Of a DNA stretch of 64,000 nt, positions 63,187 through 64,000 are shown piece after piece (position 1 is the first letter of the stretch; every line of letters starts with the position of its first letter). The notes beneath the pieces were generated by a model that searched no databases, was not told where the DNA came from, and saw only the letters and a program-made list of their open reading frames with translations. The translations under genes and the position numbers were made by a program. Origin of the DNA: Phoronis australis (lineage: Eukaryota > Animalia > Phoronida); assembly GCA_002633005.1 (NCBI GenBank), contig NMRA01000299.1, positions 186,001-250,000 on the forward strand, written 5' to 3'.

Positions 63187-63899
63187 TTAAGAATTCCTGC
63201 AAGTTCTGTAGCCCATATTAGCCGGCCTTGAAGATGCCCTTGTCAGACATCTGCAAGACTGCTACGGTAACATCTGTTAGTTGAATTTATAACCATCAGA
63301 GCATGGGTTGCAATATTGCCATTGACCAAGAGCAGTGTGACTTAGAATTTTAATTCATTAAACAAATCGGTAACTCTTGAATAAGTTTCCCCAAAATTAA
63401 TCCCACGAAATTTGATTGAACTCGGAATCCTGGAAAAATTTGTGTCCAATGCAAAAAAAATTATTAGTAAAAAAATAGTCTCAATAAATACTGCAATAAT
63501 TTCAGACAATTTTCACATGGAAATGGCACTTTTGTGTAGAACAGAATAGAATAGAATGTGCTTCATTCCAGACTTACATTTGTCCCTAATAGCTATACAA
63601 TAATGAACTATCCTAACAGCTAAGAGAATAAAACTCTAGAAACCAAACATCTGAGAAAAAATAAGCTTAAGATAGCATGAATAAAATGAATAAAGTATAA
63701 AATGATTGAAATCAATACAAATGAATGCAGGATTCTAAACAAATATCATAGTGTAATCATCTCTCATGTGACAATGAATATCAATCAAAAGAGAATAAAA
63801 CAAACATTAGATGCTTTCAACTTTCTATGGACACCAAGAGTGTGTTTGCAAACTATATGAATTTATTAAAACAGTTTATATTTGTCCACATATAATTAC

Positions 63900-64000
63900 C
63901 AAAGTCGCCCGTGTCCAGCTGCAGAAGTGCAGTTATGGCTCCATATTCCAAAATGGCAGCTTTGACGTAGGTCATCACCACAATGGAGCGGAGATACGTG
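63900..64000 (-). CDS. Duplicate or allelic copy (partial) of exon 56951..57152
   Basis: Same donor; runs off the window end; IVVMTYVKAAI versus IVLMTYDKVAI. Confidence 0.7.

Larger units (their letters stand above)
59868..64000. repeat. Direct duplicate of 52925-57051, starting at a single N (59867)
   Basis: Colinear and highly similar, with scattered SNPs and indels. Confidence 0.95.

Overview
AT-rich eukaryotic genomic DNA, probably from a marine invertebrate draft assembly (inference). One large intron-rich gene occupies almost the whole minus strand. I traced 33 phase-compatible GT-AG exons (57152 down to 60, 4806 nt, about 1602 aa, open at both ends). They encode a ROCO-family protein with this order: COR-B-like / UPA-like region, one MBT repeat with an intact aromatic cage, a possible degenerate TIR, LRRs with an EF-hand-like insert, Roc GTPase, COR, and a TIR that runs off the window. 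The introns hold many mobile elements: Penelope-like elements with GIY-YIG and hammerhead-like motifs, LINE remnants, hAT/P/pogo-type non-autonomous elements, an Academ-like relic, and pearl/Helentron-like tandem-repeat elements. One intron has a four-level nested insertion. Two direct duplications start at single-N joins and are probably haplotype or assembly overlaps. There is one 871-N gap. All domain calls come from motif recognition by eye, with no database search.
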